Shown here piece after piece: positions 20,448 through 30,341 of a DNA stretch of 64,000 bases; within the stretch, counting starts at the first letter, position 1; the number at the start of each line of letters is the position of its first letter. Source of the stretch: Methanotrichaceae archaeon (lineage in GTDB: Archaea > Halobacteriota > Methanosarcinia > Methanotrichales > Methanotrichaceae). Under the pieces are notes generated by a model. The model was not told the DNA's origin and searched no databases. It saw only the letters and a list, made by a program, of their open reading frames with translations. A program made the translations under genes and the position numbers. The stretch lies in contig CAVWIG010000028.1 in assembly GCA_963754945.1 (NCBI GenBank), forward strand, positions 64,001 to 128,000. The letters are read 5' to 3'.

Positions 20448-22169
20448 CTAGGTAATGTTATTCCACTTTTTTATACGTTCGATTATTTCTACCATTCTTT
20501 TTTCTAGGTCAAATGTTGCGCCAAGATCTTGTCTATCCAGATACGGTCTAATTTTCTCCGCAAACATAACTTTTTTTTGAGAAAACTTTGAGCCCTCGCC
20601 AGGTTTTATTTCATTCAGATAGCTCCAGAAATTGTCGTACAATCCCAAATCCTTCTGAACCTCGATTTCATAAAGCTTTGAAACAGCAATTTTCGAGATA
20701 TAATTCTCGACTTCTCTTCCTGAAGTTATCCAACATAAACCATTTATTTCTTCAATTTCTTTACAGATTCTCTTTTTCGTATCATTTATCGGATCTGATT
20801 CGGTCCTTTTATCACTATCGATAAGCATAATAGCTTTTCGGTTTGTTGATAAAATTTTGATTAATTTAGGTTCTCCTTCTCCAGGCACCTCAGCAGATAA
20901 ATGAGCCAACAAACGCCCACCATAAAAGACACATTGATAATGTGCTTCCTCACGCAATGTGCCATTAGACCACAATTCCACCCATCTATTAAAATACAGC
21001 CTATCTGAAGGGCCTTCAACCCAAATCACGCCGTTGGACTGCAATAAATCGCTGGCACGGATTTCTAAATCGTCTAGGATTCCCGTTTTTTGGATGTATG
21101 TCTTTACTGGATTTGACGTTGCTTCTGTGCCATTATGGATGATATGGTATATCTGCGTGATAGCATCGCTGCTAAAGAGATCTATTACCACATTTGAATG
21201 AGTGGTAAGGAAAAAATGCGCTTTGTTTGTTAATGCAATCCCTCTAAGATATGAAAATAATCTCCTTTGGAGTGCCGGATGTAAATTGTTCTCAAGTTCT
21301 TCAAAAGCAAATATATAATTACTTAAAGGTCGCTTTTCCACATATGGAATTAATAAAATGTAAATTAGAACTATCAATATTGTTTTCAAACCGCTTCCTG
21401 ATTTTGATAAAGCTACTCGTCCCTTATGTTCTTCTTCGAGGTATATTTCCCAATTGCCGCCATCCAATTGTTGAACAAGAAACCGCCTAAAACTTGAATC
21501 AGGCTCTATAATCCTATTCAATTCACCAAGCAATTTTTCCTCCACTAACTCGCTAGGCAAATCTGATTTATTTATAAATTGCTCTAATATATTTGTTGCA
21601 CCATCCCCGTTCTCTTGAACTTTTAGTTCATTGCTTGACGTTTCTGGACGAATATCTCTTTCTGCACGAATTTTTTTAAATACAAAAGTAGTGAAAGGAT
21701 TATCTAATCTTGACGCTAATTCGTTGAAAAGACCCCTATTCCTTTTAATATCCACTTCTGATTCTATGCTAAATAACTCATTTTTTCTGTTATGATTAAT
21801 CCCGACTGTTATCTTTTTTCCCACAAATTTCTTTCCAAAAACCCAATAATTTCCGATAGCGCTGTTGGAAGTGTCCTCTCGAAACACCTTTTTGATTTCA
21901 GATTCTGTCAAAGTCTTTGAGAGTATGACCTCAGGTTGGTTGCCTTTATATCCTGATAATTCTAAATACCATTTTTTGGGTGATATGGCATATTCTATTA
22001 AGTCCAATAAACTAGATTTCCCAGAATTATTTCTCCCAATTAGCACATTTATTGGCTTAATGACATCGAATCCTTGATGAACCCCACCAAAGCACTTATA
22101 ATTTTTTATCTTTAGGGATACATCCGCTAATATATCCGGATCTACTGTTGACGGTTGGATTGGCACCAT
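20448..22169 (-). CDS. OLD-family ATP-dependent nuclease (ABC ATPase + TOPRIM)
   Basis: GRNNSGKS, SGSG, FEELENNLHP, TTHS, WVEGPSD, DSD, REVENY; strongly AT-rich; start trimmed to MVPIQ. Confidence 0.88.
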   Translation of the reverse strand: MVPIQPSTVDPDILADVSLKIKNYKCFGGVHQGFDVIKPINVLIGRNNSGKSSLLDLIEYAISPKKWYLELSGYKGNQPEVILSKTLTESEIKKVFREDTSNSAIGNYWVFGKKFVGKKITVGINHNRKNELFSIESEVDIKRNRGLFNELASRLDNPFTTFVFKKIRAERDIRPETSSNELKVQENGDGATNILEQFINKSDLPSELVEEKLLGELNRIIEPDSSFRRFLVQQLDGGNWEIYLEEEHKGRVALSKSGSGLKTILIVLIYILLIPYVEKRPLSNYIFAFEELENNLHPALQRRLFSYLRGIALTNKAHFFLTTHSNVVIDLFSSDAITQIYHIIHNGTEATSNPVKTYIQKTGILDDLEIRASDLLQSNGVIWVEGPSDRLYFNRWVELWSNGTLREEAHYQCVFYGGRLLAHLSAEVPGEGEPKLIKILSTNRKAIMLIDSDKRTESDPINDTKKRICKEIEEINGLCWITSGREVENYISKIAVSKLYEIEVQKDLGLYDNFWSYLNEIKPGEGSKFSQKKVMFAEKIRPYLDRQDLGATFDLEKRMVEIIERIKKWNNIT

Positions 22170-22240
22170 TTTTACCACTATTTGTACGTCAACGTAATAG
22201 GAATAAAACATTATCTATCTACAGATCGCCTCATAGTAGA

Positions 22241-22810
22241 TCATGTGGTCTTCCTGCCATTTTCCCCACTCCACTCCTCCGTCCCCACCACCCTCGCAAA
22301 CTTCGCAGCCATCGTCACCAGCACAGCCCGGTGCAGGTCAGAGACCGAGATGGATCCAGCACTGTTTTGCAAGGACAGCGTCCCCGTCGCATCTGAAAGA
22401 AAGTCTACCGGAAAGCCCAGATGGAATGCCTGGCGGGCGGTTGTGTCGCAGCACATCTGCGTCATGTAGCCGCAGATGGCGACACGCCCTATGACCAGCA
22501 CCCGCAGCCACTTCTCTAGCTCCGTTCCCGTGAAGCTGCCGGGCAGGTTCTTCTCTATCAGGATGTCGCGCTTTCGCTTCTCGACCTCCGGGTGCAGCTT
22601 CCACTCGTCGCTGCCTTTCCTGAAGGTCGGCGAGTCAATCGAAGGCGCAGTATGCTGGATGATCGCCACTGGAATGTCTGCTCGCGTGGCATCGTCCATC
22701 GCCTTGAGGATATTGCCCAAGCTGCCTTCCGGAAAGGTCACCGGAAGACGGCCAGTGAAGTATTCATTCTGCACGTCGATTACCAGCAGCGCCTGTCGGG
22801 TCTGAGTCAT
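22241..22810 (-). CDS. Isochorismatase-family cysteine hydrolase
   Basis: LLVIDVQNEY, EKNLPGSF, QMCCDTTARQA, SDAT. Confidence 0.9.
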   Translation of the reverse strand: MTQTRQALLVIDVQNEYFTGRLPVTFPEGSLGNILKAMDDATRADIPVAIIQHTAPSIDSPTFRKGSDEWKLHPEVEKRKRDILIEKNLPGSFTGTELEKWLRVLVIGRVAICGYMTQMCCDTTARQAFHLGFPVDFLSDATGTLSLQNSAGSISVSDLHRAVLVTMAAKFARVVGTEEWSGENGRKTT

Positions 22811-22820
22811 CCTATCACCC

Positions 22821-23294
22821 TCATTTCAAAGTCTCATTCTCCAGTGCCATCTCGAAGAGGTCAACCATAATCCCCTGGATCTCCTTGCGGCATTCTCCAG
22901 TTTCCATAAAACCGCAATTCTCATAAAGCCTTCTTGCCCGAGGGTTGGACTTTCGCACGATGAGATAGATCCTCTGAAGCCCAAGCTCTTGAAATCCTTT
23001 TTCAAGCGCCATCCGGGTCAGCTTTTTTCCGAATCCTTGCCCCAGATAATCCGGTTTCAGAGCGATCCGGAACTCTGCTTGGCGGCTTGTGGCTGAATCC
23101 TTTAAGAGGATTGTGAAACCGATGGCAACACCGCTCTCCTCGGCAATGTAGATCCTCGTCGAGTCCTTGCCCAGATACTCGTCTATCCACCCGGAATCGC
23201 GCAGGGCGTAATCGAGATCCTTAAACTCTTCCGGATAGGCTGGCCAGATCTTGATAATCGCGATATCCTGCTCATTTATTTCCCTGAGCAACAT
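22821..23294 (-). CDS. GNAT N-acetyltransferase
   Basis: PDYLGQGFGK and N.RA..LYE.CGF motifs. Confidence 0.88.
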   Translation of the reverse strand: MLLREINEQDIAIIKIWPAYPEEFKDLDYALRDSGWIDEYLGKDSTRIYIAEESGVAIGFTILLKDSATSRQAEFRIALKPDYLGQGFGKKLTRMALEKGFQELGLQRIYLIVRKSNPRARRLYENCGFMETGECRKEIQGIMVDLFEMALENETLK

Positions 23295-23455
23295 TTGAGA
23301 GCTTCTCCGATACAAAAATTGGATTGCTCTATTTCGTTAATAGCACTAACGCCGAGGATTTAAACGCGCATTAAGAAGGTTGCCAATAGTTGGCCTTCTT
23401 GCAGGAAGCACATTTTTAATATCTTGAAGTGTGATATCTATTTTGAGGATCTTTA

Positions 23456-23740
23456 ATGGACAAGTTTGAAACTACAATGGCTGTCCTTGCCAAGATGTCA
23501 GACAACGAGAAGACGAAGACGGTAGGGAATCTGAAGTCGATTTGCATCTGCCCGGACTGCCCGACCTACACCAATTGCGCAAAGAAGGCCGACGAAAGCC
23601 TTTTCTGCTGGTTTGGTGGAAGCAACAACTGCATCTCCAAGGAGATTGACTGTTTATGCCCATCATGCCCAGTCACATCGGAGATGGGGTTGAACCACGA
23701 TTTCTTCTGCACAAGGGGCTCAGAGAAGTCTCAGCGCTGA
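23456..23740 (+). CDS. Cys-rich small protein (DUF2769-like)
   Basis: CICPDCPTY...LFC..G.S..CI....CLCPSCPV...FC. Confidence 0.75.
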   Translation: MDKFETTMAVLAKMSDNEKTKTVGNLKSICICPDCPTYTNCAKKADESLFCWFGGSNNCISKEIDCLCPSCPVTSEMGLNHDFFCTRGSEKSQR

Positions 23741-23881
23741 GACTAGATGGCGAAGAAACAACAAGGGATCTGCTTTGCAGGCCATTCAGCTTGCACATTT
23801 TATTCTTTTATTACAAGATAATTTGACATCATGCAATCATAAATGCTTGAGTTTTGAGAGTCTCCTTCTGCCCTCAGAAGA

Positions 23882-24331
23882 TCAATCCTTTATTCCAGGA
23901 ACCAGAATGACAGGAACCTTGGAGTGCTGTGCCACCTTCTCAGCAACGCTGCCTAACAGAAACCTGTTCAGGCCGCTCTTTCCAACGCTACCCATCACCA
24001 GAAGACCCGCTTTAGACTCAAGGGAGTACCTGAGCAGCTCGTCGCTGGGGTGCCCCCTCAATACCACCTTGCTGCAGGTAACACCAGCCACTTGGGCCAT
24101 CTGCTCAACCTCTTCAGTGACATACCTACCTTCTTCTATCATCAGCCCCAGCAGCTTATCCTTCAGGCCCGGAACCATTGCGTATCCGGGAAGCTGGATC
24201 AGCCGGTTCACATCCACAACGTACACGGCTACAACCTCGGCGTTGTGAACGCGAGCCAAGTCTATTCCCAGCCTCGCTGCCCTGTTGCTCGGCTCGGAAC
24301 CATCGGTGGCAATCATTATCTTCTTGAACAT
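23882..24331 (-). CDS. Universal stress protein
   Basis: IMIATDGS, G.P, MGSVGKSG...LLGSVAEKV. Confidence 0.93.
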   Translation of the reverse strand: MFKKIMIATDGSEPSNRAARLGIDLARVHNAEVVAVYVVDVNRLIQLPGYAMVPGLKDKLLGLMIEEGRYVTEEVEQMAQVAGVTCSKVVLRGHPSDELLRYSLESKAGLLVMGSVGKSGLNRFLLGSVAEKVAQHSKVPVILVPGIKD

Positions 24332-24444
24332 ATATCCTCACCAATCCTCACGACATTTTGTCTCGCAACCCGTAATCCACGACCATTTTACAATTTGAGC
24401 CCTCAAGTACGAAGTCGTCAAGTGCGCGCACTCTTTCCCATCAG

Positions 24445-25446
24445 TCATTCCATACTGTCTTCGGGTTTCGCTCGTATAGCTTTCAGCTCATCCTCGCTGA
24501 GCTGGCATCCGCATGATTCATCTGTGGCTAGGGTACAGTTGCATGGCTCAATGTGAATAGTGACAACAGTGTTTGGGAGACACTCTTTTATGGATGACGA
24601 GATCATGTCCGTGATCCTGTGAGATTCATTTATGGACATGGATGAGTCGACCCTTGCATGAAACTCTACGAAACGATAAGGTCCTGATTTGCGGGTGCGG
24701 AGCCGGTGAAATCCTCGCACTGTGGGAGCAAATGCCGCTATGCACTTCCGAATCTTTTCCTCCTCATCAGGAGGTAGGCTAACGTCCATAAGACCACGAG
24801 CAGACTCGACTGTGAGCTTGTAAGCGGCCTTAATGATCAGAAGCGCTACTCCTATTGCCACCAAAGGGTCCACCAATTTGAGATTGGCTTCGGGAAACAG
24901 AATCCTCCCAAACCAGATTATTCCCAACCCTCCCATAACACCTGCGGAGGTGTATACGTCCGTTCGAAGGTGCCATGCATCTGCCTGGAGGGCAATCGAG
25001 TCGGTCTCCTTTCCCACACAGAAGAGTTTCCGTGAGACCATTATGTTTGCCACGGCCGAGACCAGCATCACTGCAACACCCAACCCCGGCTCCTCAAGCG
25101 GCTGGGGGTTAGCCAGTTTTTTAGCAGCCTCGAAGATGATACCACAGGCTGCCAGGAAGATGAGCAGGGCTTCCACTGTCCCAGAGATATTCTCTATTTT
25201 TCCGTGCCCAAATGGGTGATCCCGGTCGGCCGGCTTGCCAGAGATTCTAACAGCGAACCATGCAATCACTGCTGCCAGCAGATCAACGCCTGAATGGATG
25301 GCCTCGGAGATCACAGAAACCGACCCGATGGCTGTACCTATGACCAGCTTTAGCAGCACAAGGGTCGAATTGGAGATGACCGAAAGCCTAGCTGCTGAAG
25401 CCTTCCGTTCATCTCTGGTTTCCTGGTCATCCTGCATTAGAGGCAT
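24445..25446 (-). CDS. Cation diffusion facilitator transporter (FieF-like)
   Basis: EAIHSGVD, PADRDHPFGHGK.E, DAWHLRTD, IHIEP. Confidence 0.92.
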   Translation of the reverse strand: MPLMQDDQETRDERKASAARLSVISNSTLVLLKLVIGTAIGSVSVISEAIHSGVDLLAAVIAWFAVRISGKPADRDHPFGHGKIENISGTVEALLIFLAACGIIFEAAKKLANPQPLEEPGLGVAVMLVSAVANIMVSRKLFCVGKETDSIALQADAWHLRTDVYTSAGVMGGLGIIWFGRILFPEANLKLVDPLVAIGVALLIIKAAYKLTVESARGLMDVSLPPDEEEKIRKCIAAFAPTVRGFHRLRTRKSGPYRFVEFHARVDSSMSINESHRITDMISSSIKECLPNTVVTIHIEPCNCTLATDESCGCQLSEDELKAIRAKPEDSME

Positions 25447-25740
25447 CCTTTTCAGATCTCGCGGGTATCCCGCAAAGTCCAGCTATAACATCTATCTGTT
25501 TGACAGTCATCGCTATCATTAGCACAGTTGCCCGAGCAAGCACTATATTGGTCTGCGAGAGCTTCATTTTTTGGATCGCATATCAATTGCAAAATATCAT
25601 TTAATAGCCAGTGTTAACTTAATAAGCTGTCGCAAAGTGCTTTACAAGGTTCCTAAGCATTGGCCTTGTGCTTATCCAACGGAAAAACCAAACTTGAAAA
25701 ATTAACTAAGGCCGGTCGAACAGTCGATTTTTCCCTTGGA

Positions 25741-27036
25741 TCAAATCTGTTCATTCTTTTCCAGCCTTCTCTTCACCGACTCTGCATGAGCGAATAAACC
25801 TTCGGCCTCGGCCAGGGGAACGATGCTGTTCTTAAGGGCACCGAGGCCGTCCTCGGAGATCATCTGTACGGTCATCTTCTTGGTGAAGTGGTCCACATTC
25901 AAACCCGAAAAGACCCGTGCGTACCCAGACGTGGGCAGGACGTGATTAGTCCCGCTGGCATAATCGCCAGCGGCGACGGGCGTGAAACTTCCTAGGAAGA
26001 TGCTTCCAGCATTCTGGATCTCTTCCAGGACCTCCATAGGATTGACGGTGATGATCTCCAGGTGCTCAGGAGCGAACGCGTTGGAGAAATCGACCGCCTC
26101 CTCCAGACCGCTGGCCACAAGAACGGCGCAGTGCTCCAGGCTCTGTTTGACGATCTCCTTGCGGGATGCAGCCTCAGCCTGAATGTACATCTCCTCGGCC
26201 ACCGCCTGGGCAACGAGTTCGTCGGTGGTAACCAGAACGGCCATGGAGCTTGGGTCATGCTCGGCCTGGGCGATCATGTCAGCTGCTAAAACTCCGGGGT
26301 TGGCGGTTCGATCGGCAATTATTAGAACCTCGCTCGGACCCGCAGGGAAGTCTATCTCCACCGCCTCTCTCACGAGGAGCTTGGCCGCAGTGACATAGAC
26401 ATTCCCGGGCCCCACGATCTTGTGCACACGGTCGATGCTCTCAGTGCCGAAAGCCATGGCGGCAACTGCCTGGACACCTCCGAGCTTGTAGATCTCGTCG
26501 GCTCCAGCCATGTCCGCTGCCACCAAGGTCAAGGTATTGATCTGCCCATCGTTTGCAGGCGGGGTGCACACAACAATCCTGGGCACACCCGCAACCTTGG
26601 CCGGAACTACGGTCATAAGGGCGGAGCTCGGATAGGAAGCCCTGCCGCCGGGAACGTAGGCCCCCACGGATTCCAGAGGCACTACCTTCTGGCCAACCAA
26701 GACGCCTGGGGTGACCTCCGTAAGCCAGAAGTCTCGTTCCTTCTGCTCGCCGTGAAAGGCGAAGATGTTCTCCGCTGCCTGTCTCAGAGAGTCCATGAGA
26801 TCTTCATCCACCGCCTCATAAGCTCCGGCTATCTCCTCCGGTGTCACACGCAGGCTCTCCAGTTTGGCACCATCGAACTTCTCGGTGTACTTGAATAGCG
26901 CCTTGTCTCCTTCAGATGCCACTTCGGTGATAATCTCGCTCACACTGGGCAGTACGTCCTGGATTCCTACCTGTCTTGACAATAGCAAGCGTAGATCATC
27001 GTCCAACAGCTCTTCCAGCCTCTTGGTTATCATCAT
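25741..27036 (-). CDS. hisD: Histidinol dehydrogenase
   Basis: [36 protein letters not shown]. Confidence 0.96.
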   Translation of the reverse strand: MMITKRLEELLDDDLRLLLSRQVGIQDVLPSVSEIITEVASEGDKALFKYTEKFDGAKLESLRVTPEEIAGAYEAVDEDLMDSLRQAAENIFAFHGEQKERDFWLTEVTPGVLVGQKVVPLESVGAYVPGGRASYPSSALMTVVPAKVAGVPRIVVCTPPANDGQINTLTLVAADMAGADEIYKLGGVQAVAAMAFGTESIDRVHKIVGPGNVYVTAAKLLVREAVEIDFPAGPSEVLIIADRTANPGVLAADMIAQAEHDPSSMAVLVTTDELVAQAVAEEMYIQAEAASRKEIVKQSLEHCAVLVASGLEEAVDFSNAFAPEHLEIITVNPMEVLEEIQNAGSIFLGSFTPVAAGDYASGTNHVLPTSGYARVFSGLNVDHFTKKMTVQMISEDGLGALKNSIVPLAEAEGLFAHAESVKRRLEKNEQI

Positions 27037-27038
27037 CG

Positions 27039-28724
27039 TCACCTATCCTTTGAACCGGGCCTTGGGTTACGACCCCTTTGCAACCGATAAATCGAGATCA
27101 CCCTCTCCAGGGTATCAGCATCTTCCACCGATTTGTCGTCCCTTACTGCTACCAGACGCGGAAAACGCAAGGCAAACCCGGAGGAGTAGTTGGTGCTCGC
27201 CTGTATCTCCTCGTAGGCCACCTCGAAGATCACCGCAGGCTTCAGTTCGACCTCCATCCCCTTCTGGACCAGGATAAGATCCTTGAAGGTCTCAGTGAGC
27301 TCAGAGAGGACCTCGTCAGTTAAACCTGTGGCCACCCAGCCTATGTCCAGCAGCTTTCCTGTCTCGGGGTCAGCACAGGCCAGGCGGTATGAACCAAGGA
27401 AGTTGGCCCTTCTGCCCTCGCCCCAGGTGGCACCTATGACCACAAGGTCCAGCGTCTCCATGACCGGCTTGATCTTCAGCCAGTTCTTGCCGCGCTTACC
27501 AGGAGCATAAACAGAAGCAGGGTTCTTGATCATGACACCCTCGTGGCCAGCAGCCAAAGCCTCATTGTAGATCCTCTCTGCCTCTTCCGGATCGTCCGTC
27601 AGCACCTGGGAGGCAACAAGATCGGAATCGGCAATGCTTGCCAAGAGTTCGCGTCGCTCATTGAGCGGACGATCTATCAGGCTGTTTCCGTCCAGGTAGA
27701 CGAGGTCGAAAAGATGAAGATGCAGGGGAATCTGAGCTGCGAGCTTCTCCACGTCGTATTTCCTGCGGAACCGCTTGAGGATGTCCTGAAAAGGCCTGGG
27801 GCGACCGTCATCTCCGATGGCCACTGCCTCTCCGTCCAAGATGGCTCTTTTTGCCTTAACCTGCTTGATAGTCGCCTTCGATATCTCTGGCAGGGAGGAT
27901 GTGACGTTCTCCATGCGACGGGAGTAGATCCGAACTTTCTCCCCATCCTTGTGGATCTGGACCCTAGCGCCGTCGAACTTCCATTCCACAGCTCCTGTGC
28001 CCATCTCATGAAGGGCTGTGGGTATACCTTCTCCGAGCTGGGCCAGCATCATTTTGATGGGGTGGTTGATAGTTACGTTGAGGCTGGAAAGAGTTCCGTG
28101 TTTGGCTTGTTGAGCCACCAGTCCCATATCGTTAGTGAGGTTGTACCCGCGCTCGACCAAGTCCGCGGGCTGGCCAAAGGCCTTTGCAATGGCGTCTCTA
28201 ACTCCGCCTTCGCCCACTCCAATTCGCAGATCCTCCATGGCCAACCTGGCAATGTACCTTGCCTCTAGGGGAGACGCTTCTCCGAGGAGAAACTGCAGGT
28301 GTTTGACCTTTGCTTCCTGGCTTCGTTTGCCAGATGCCTTCGATATCGATACAAACCTTTGATAAACCTCGGAGATTGTCAGGGCGGCGGTCTCGCCGAA
28401 GGCCGCCAGATTGAGAGGCCGGCGTTTCTCTGCCACGGCATAGGCCACCAGCCCGGGATCACCAGTTGCCCTTAGAGTCTCCTGTATTTGGTCAAGTGTG
28501 CAGCCGCACGCTCTAGTCATTGCTTCGTAAAGGAGGCTGGGGCCGACCCCCAGAACCGTCTCGGAGTCGGGAAAAATCGTCCCCATTGCGAAGTTGGAAG
28601 CTATAGCCAGCTCGGGATCTTCAAGTTCTTTCAGGAATGCCGCAACCAGATCGATCTTCTCGAGCGAGCCGCTGATCTCCTCGACCTTCTGACATAGCTC
28701 TGCGAACCTGAGGAAGCTGGTCAT
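27039..28724 (-). CDS. lig: ATP-dependent DNA ligase
   Basis: EWKFDGAR, EGVMIK, WLKIK, ALRFPR motifs. Confidence 0.96.
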   Translation of the reverse strand: MTSFLRFAELCQKVEEISGSLEKIDLVAAFLKELEDPELAIASNFAMGTIFPDSETVLGVGPSLLYEAMTRACGCTLDQIQETLRATGDPGLVAYAVAEKRRPLNLAAFGETAALTISEVYQRFVSISKASGKRSQEAKVKHLQFLLGEASPLEARYIARLAMEDLRIGVGEGGVRDAIAKAFGQPADLVERGYNLTNDMGLVAQQAKHGTLSSLNVTINHPIKMMLAQLGEGIPTALHEMGTGAVEWKFDGARVQIHKDGEKVRIYSRRMENVTSSLPEISKATIKQVKAKRAILDGEAVAIGDDGRPRPFQDILKRFRRKYDVEKLAAQIPLHLHLFDLVYLDGNSLIDRPLNERRELLASIADSDLVASQVLTDDPEEAERIYNEALAAGHEGVMIKNPASVYAPGKRGKNWLKIKPVMETLDLVVIGATWGEGRRANFLGSYRLACADPETGKLLDIGWVATGLTDEVLSELTETFKDLILVQKGMEVELKPAVIFEVAYEEIQASTNYSSGFALRFPRLVAVRDDKSVEDADTLERVISIYRLQRGRNPRPGSKDR

Positions 28725-28726
28725 GT

Positions 28727-29734
28727 TCAGAATATAGCGTCGATTCTCTTGGTCCTGTATATGCTGATTATGTCGCTCAGTATGGCGCTTGCGGTCTCGA
28801 TGGAGCCTGCACCTAGGCCAGTAACTGTAATGGTCCCTGACAAGTCAGTGTAGATCGCTGCAGAATTGAGCGTCCCTGCTACTGCAATCGGGCTACCGAT
28901 GGGGACAAGCGTTGGCCGGACCGTGAGAGCTGGCACGTCTCCTATCAGCTTTATCACGTACCCACGCTTCTTCGCCAGGGCTAGAGCCTCGGGGGTGACA
29001 CCAGTTATGCCTGTCACTTCCACGTCGCCGTAATTTATGTTCATGTTGAACAAGGCGTTGGCCAGAATCACAACTTTGCCGGCGGTGTCCACGCCCTCTA
29101 CGTCATAGCTTGGATCGGCCTCGGCAATACCAAGGTCTTGGGCCTCGCTCAGGGCATGGGTGTAGGGAATGCCCTCCTCGGTCATCCTAGTCAGGATGTA
29201 GTTGCAGGTACCGTTGAAGATTCCCCTAATCCCGTAGAAGGTATTTCCCACGAGCGTTCGCTCCACAAGGCTTATCAGAGGCATAGTTCCACCAACGGTG
29301 GCCTCGAACTTGAGCATCACTCCGTTGTCCTGCGCCAGCTTATCTAGACGGCCGTAGGCGACAACAAGTGGTCCCTTGTTCGAGGTTACTACGTGCTTGC
29401 CACCTGCGAGCGCTACTTCCATATGGCCAAGTCCGGGCTGACCGTGGACTATGTTTGTAGGAGTTACCTCTATCACAAGGTCCGAGTCGATGGCCGTTAT
29501 GGCTTCTTTTCCTTTCATGCTGGTCGTGGCAACGTTCTGCAGGGTTCTCTCGCCAAGGATCTTCTCGGCATCGATCCCGTCCTCGCTGACCACGGTGCCA
29601 GTGTGATCTGTGACGCTTATGAGCTTCAGATTGAGCCCCATCTCACGAAGCATCTTCTTCTTTCTGTTTAGAACTTCGACAACGCCGTGACCCACGATCC
29701 CGTATCCCACCAGGGAGATCTTGACGTCTCTCAT
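28727..29734 (-). CDS. hom: Homoserine dehydrogenase
   Basis: GYGIVG, VTSNKG, FEATVGG, NGTCNYIL, AEADP..DVEG, GAG. Confidence 0.95.
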   Translation of the reverse strand: MRDVKISLVGYGIVGHGVVEVLNRKKKMLREMGLNLKLISVTDHTGTVVSEDGIDAEKILGERTLQNVATTSMKGKEAITAIDSDLVIEVTPTNIVHGQPGLGHMEVALAGGKHVVTSNKGPLVVAYGRLDKLAQDNGVMLKFEATVGGTMPLISLVERTLVGNTFYGIRGIFNGTCNYILTRMTEEGIPYTHALSEAQDLGIAEADPSYDVEGVDTAGKVVILANALFNMNINYGDVEVTGITGVTPEALALAKKRGYVIKLIGDVPALTVRPTLVPIGSPIAVAGTLNSAAIYTDLSGTITVTGLGAGSIETASAILSDIISIYRTKRIDAIF

Positions 29735-30237
29735 ACTGCCTCCACCTCTATGGGCTCAATCACCAGAAGCTTCTTCTCCGCACCTACTTCCCGAAGGATG
29801 GTCAGAGCCTTCTGGATCTCGGTCTTGCCTGTAGCTCGAATTCTGAGGTAGGCAGAGGAGGGTTCATCGACTCCCGGCATGGTCAAGGAAAGATCCATCA
29901 CCTCAGCAAATCCGGTGGAATCGATCCTTTTGACAGTATCCCCGAGGTCGCTGTCCAGGATGTGGCCTACAAGAACCACCGAGATTGCCTCAAGGAACCG
30001 GTCCTCTCCAGCCCGAACCACAGAGATGCCGCTGTCCGTAAGCTGCTTCTTGACGGTTTCTAGCCGTGACCTGTCCATCTCCACCACGAAGCGAACGGGG
30101 ATCATGCCCCGGGGAGTTTTCCTGTCTCTGTGGTGAACCACGCTGATTATGTTGGCTTTGCTATCCCTCAAGGGCTGCAACGCCAGCAGTAGCTGCCCTG
30201 GTATATCCTGTAGCTCCAAGTCCATGGAAAGTCGCAT
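29731..30237 (-). CDS. ACT-domain protein coupled to homoserine dehydrogenase
   Basis: LELQDIPGQL...NIISVVH; overlaps the hom start. Confidence 0.85.
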   Translation of the reverse strand: MRLSMDLELQDIPGQLLLALQPLRDSKANIISVVHHRDRKTPRGMIPVRFVVEMDRSRLETVKKQLTDSGISVVRAGEDRFLEAISVVLVGHILDSDLGDTVKRIDSTGFAEVMDLSLTMPGVDEPSSAYLRIRATGKTEIQKALTILREVGAEKKLLVIEPIEVEAV

Positions 30238-30341
30238 AGCATTCCTCGTAAATTCCTGAAATCTTCGGTGCCATTTAAAGGAAATAAAGCTTGTGTAGAG
30301 AATTTTATAAACACTTGCCTTTACTCCTTCGGCATTTGTCA

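Noticed and set aside
20448-22810. Gabija or retron system
   Set aside because: No UvrD-like GajB, reverse transcriptase or msr-msd nearby; the upstream neighbour is an isochorismatase
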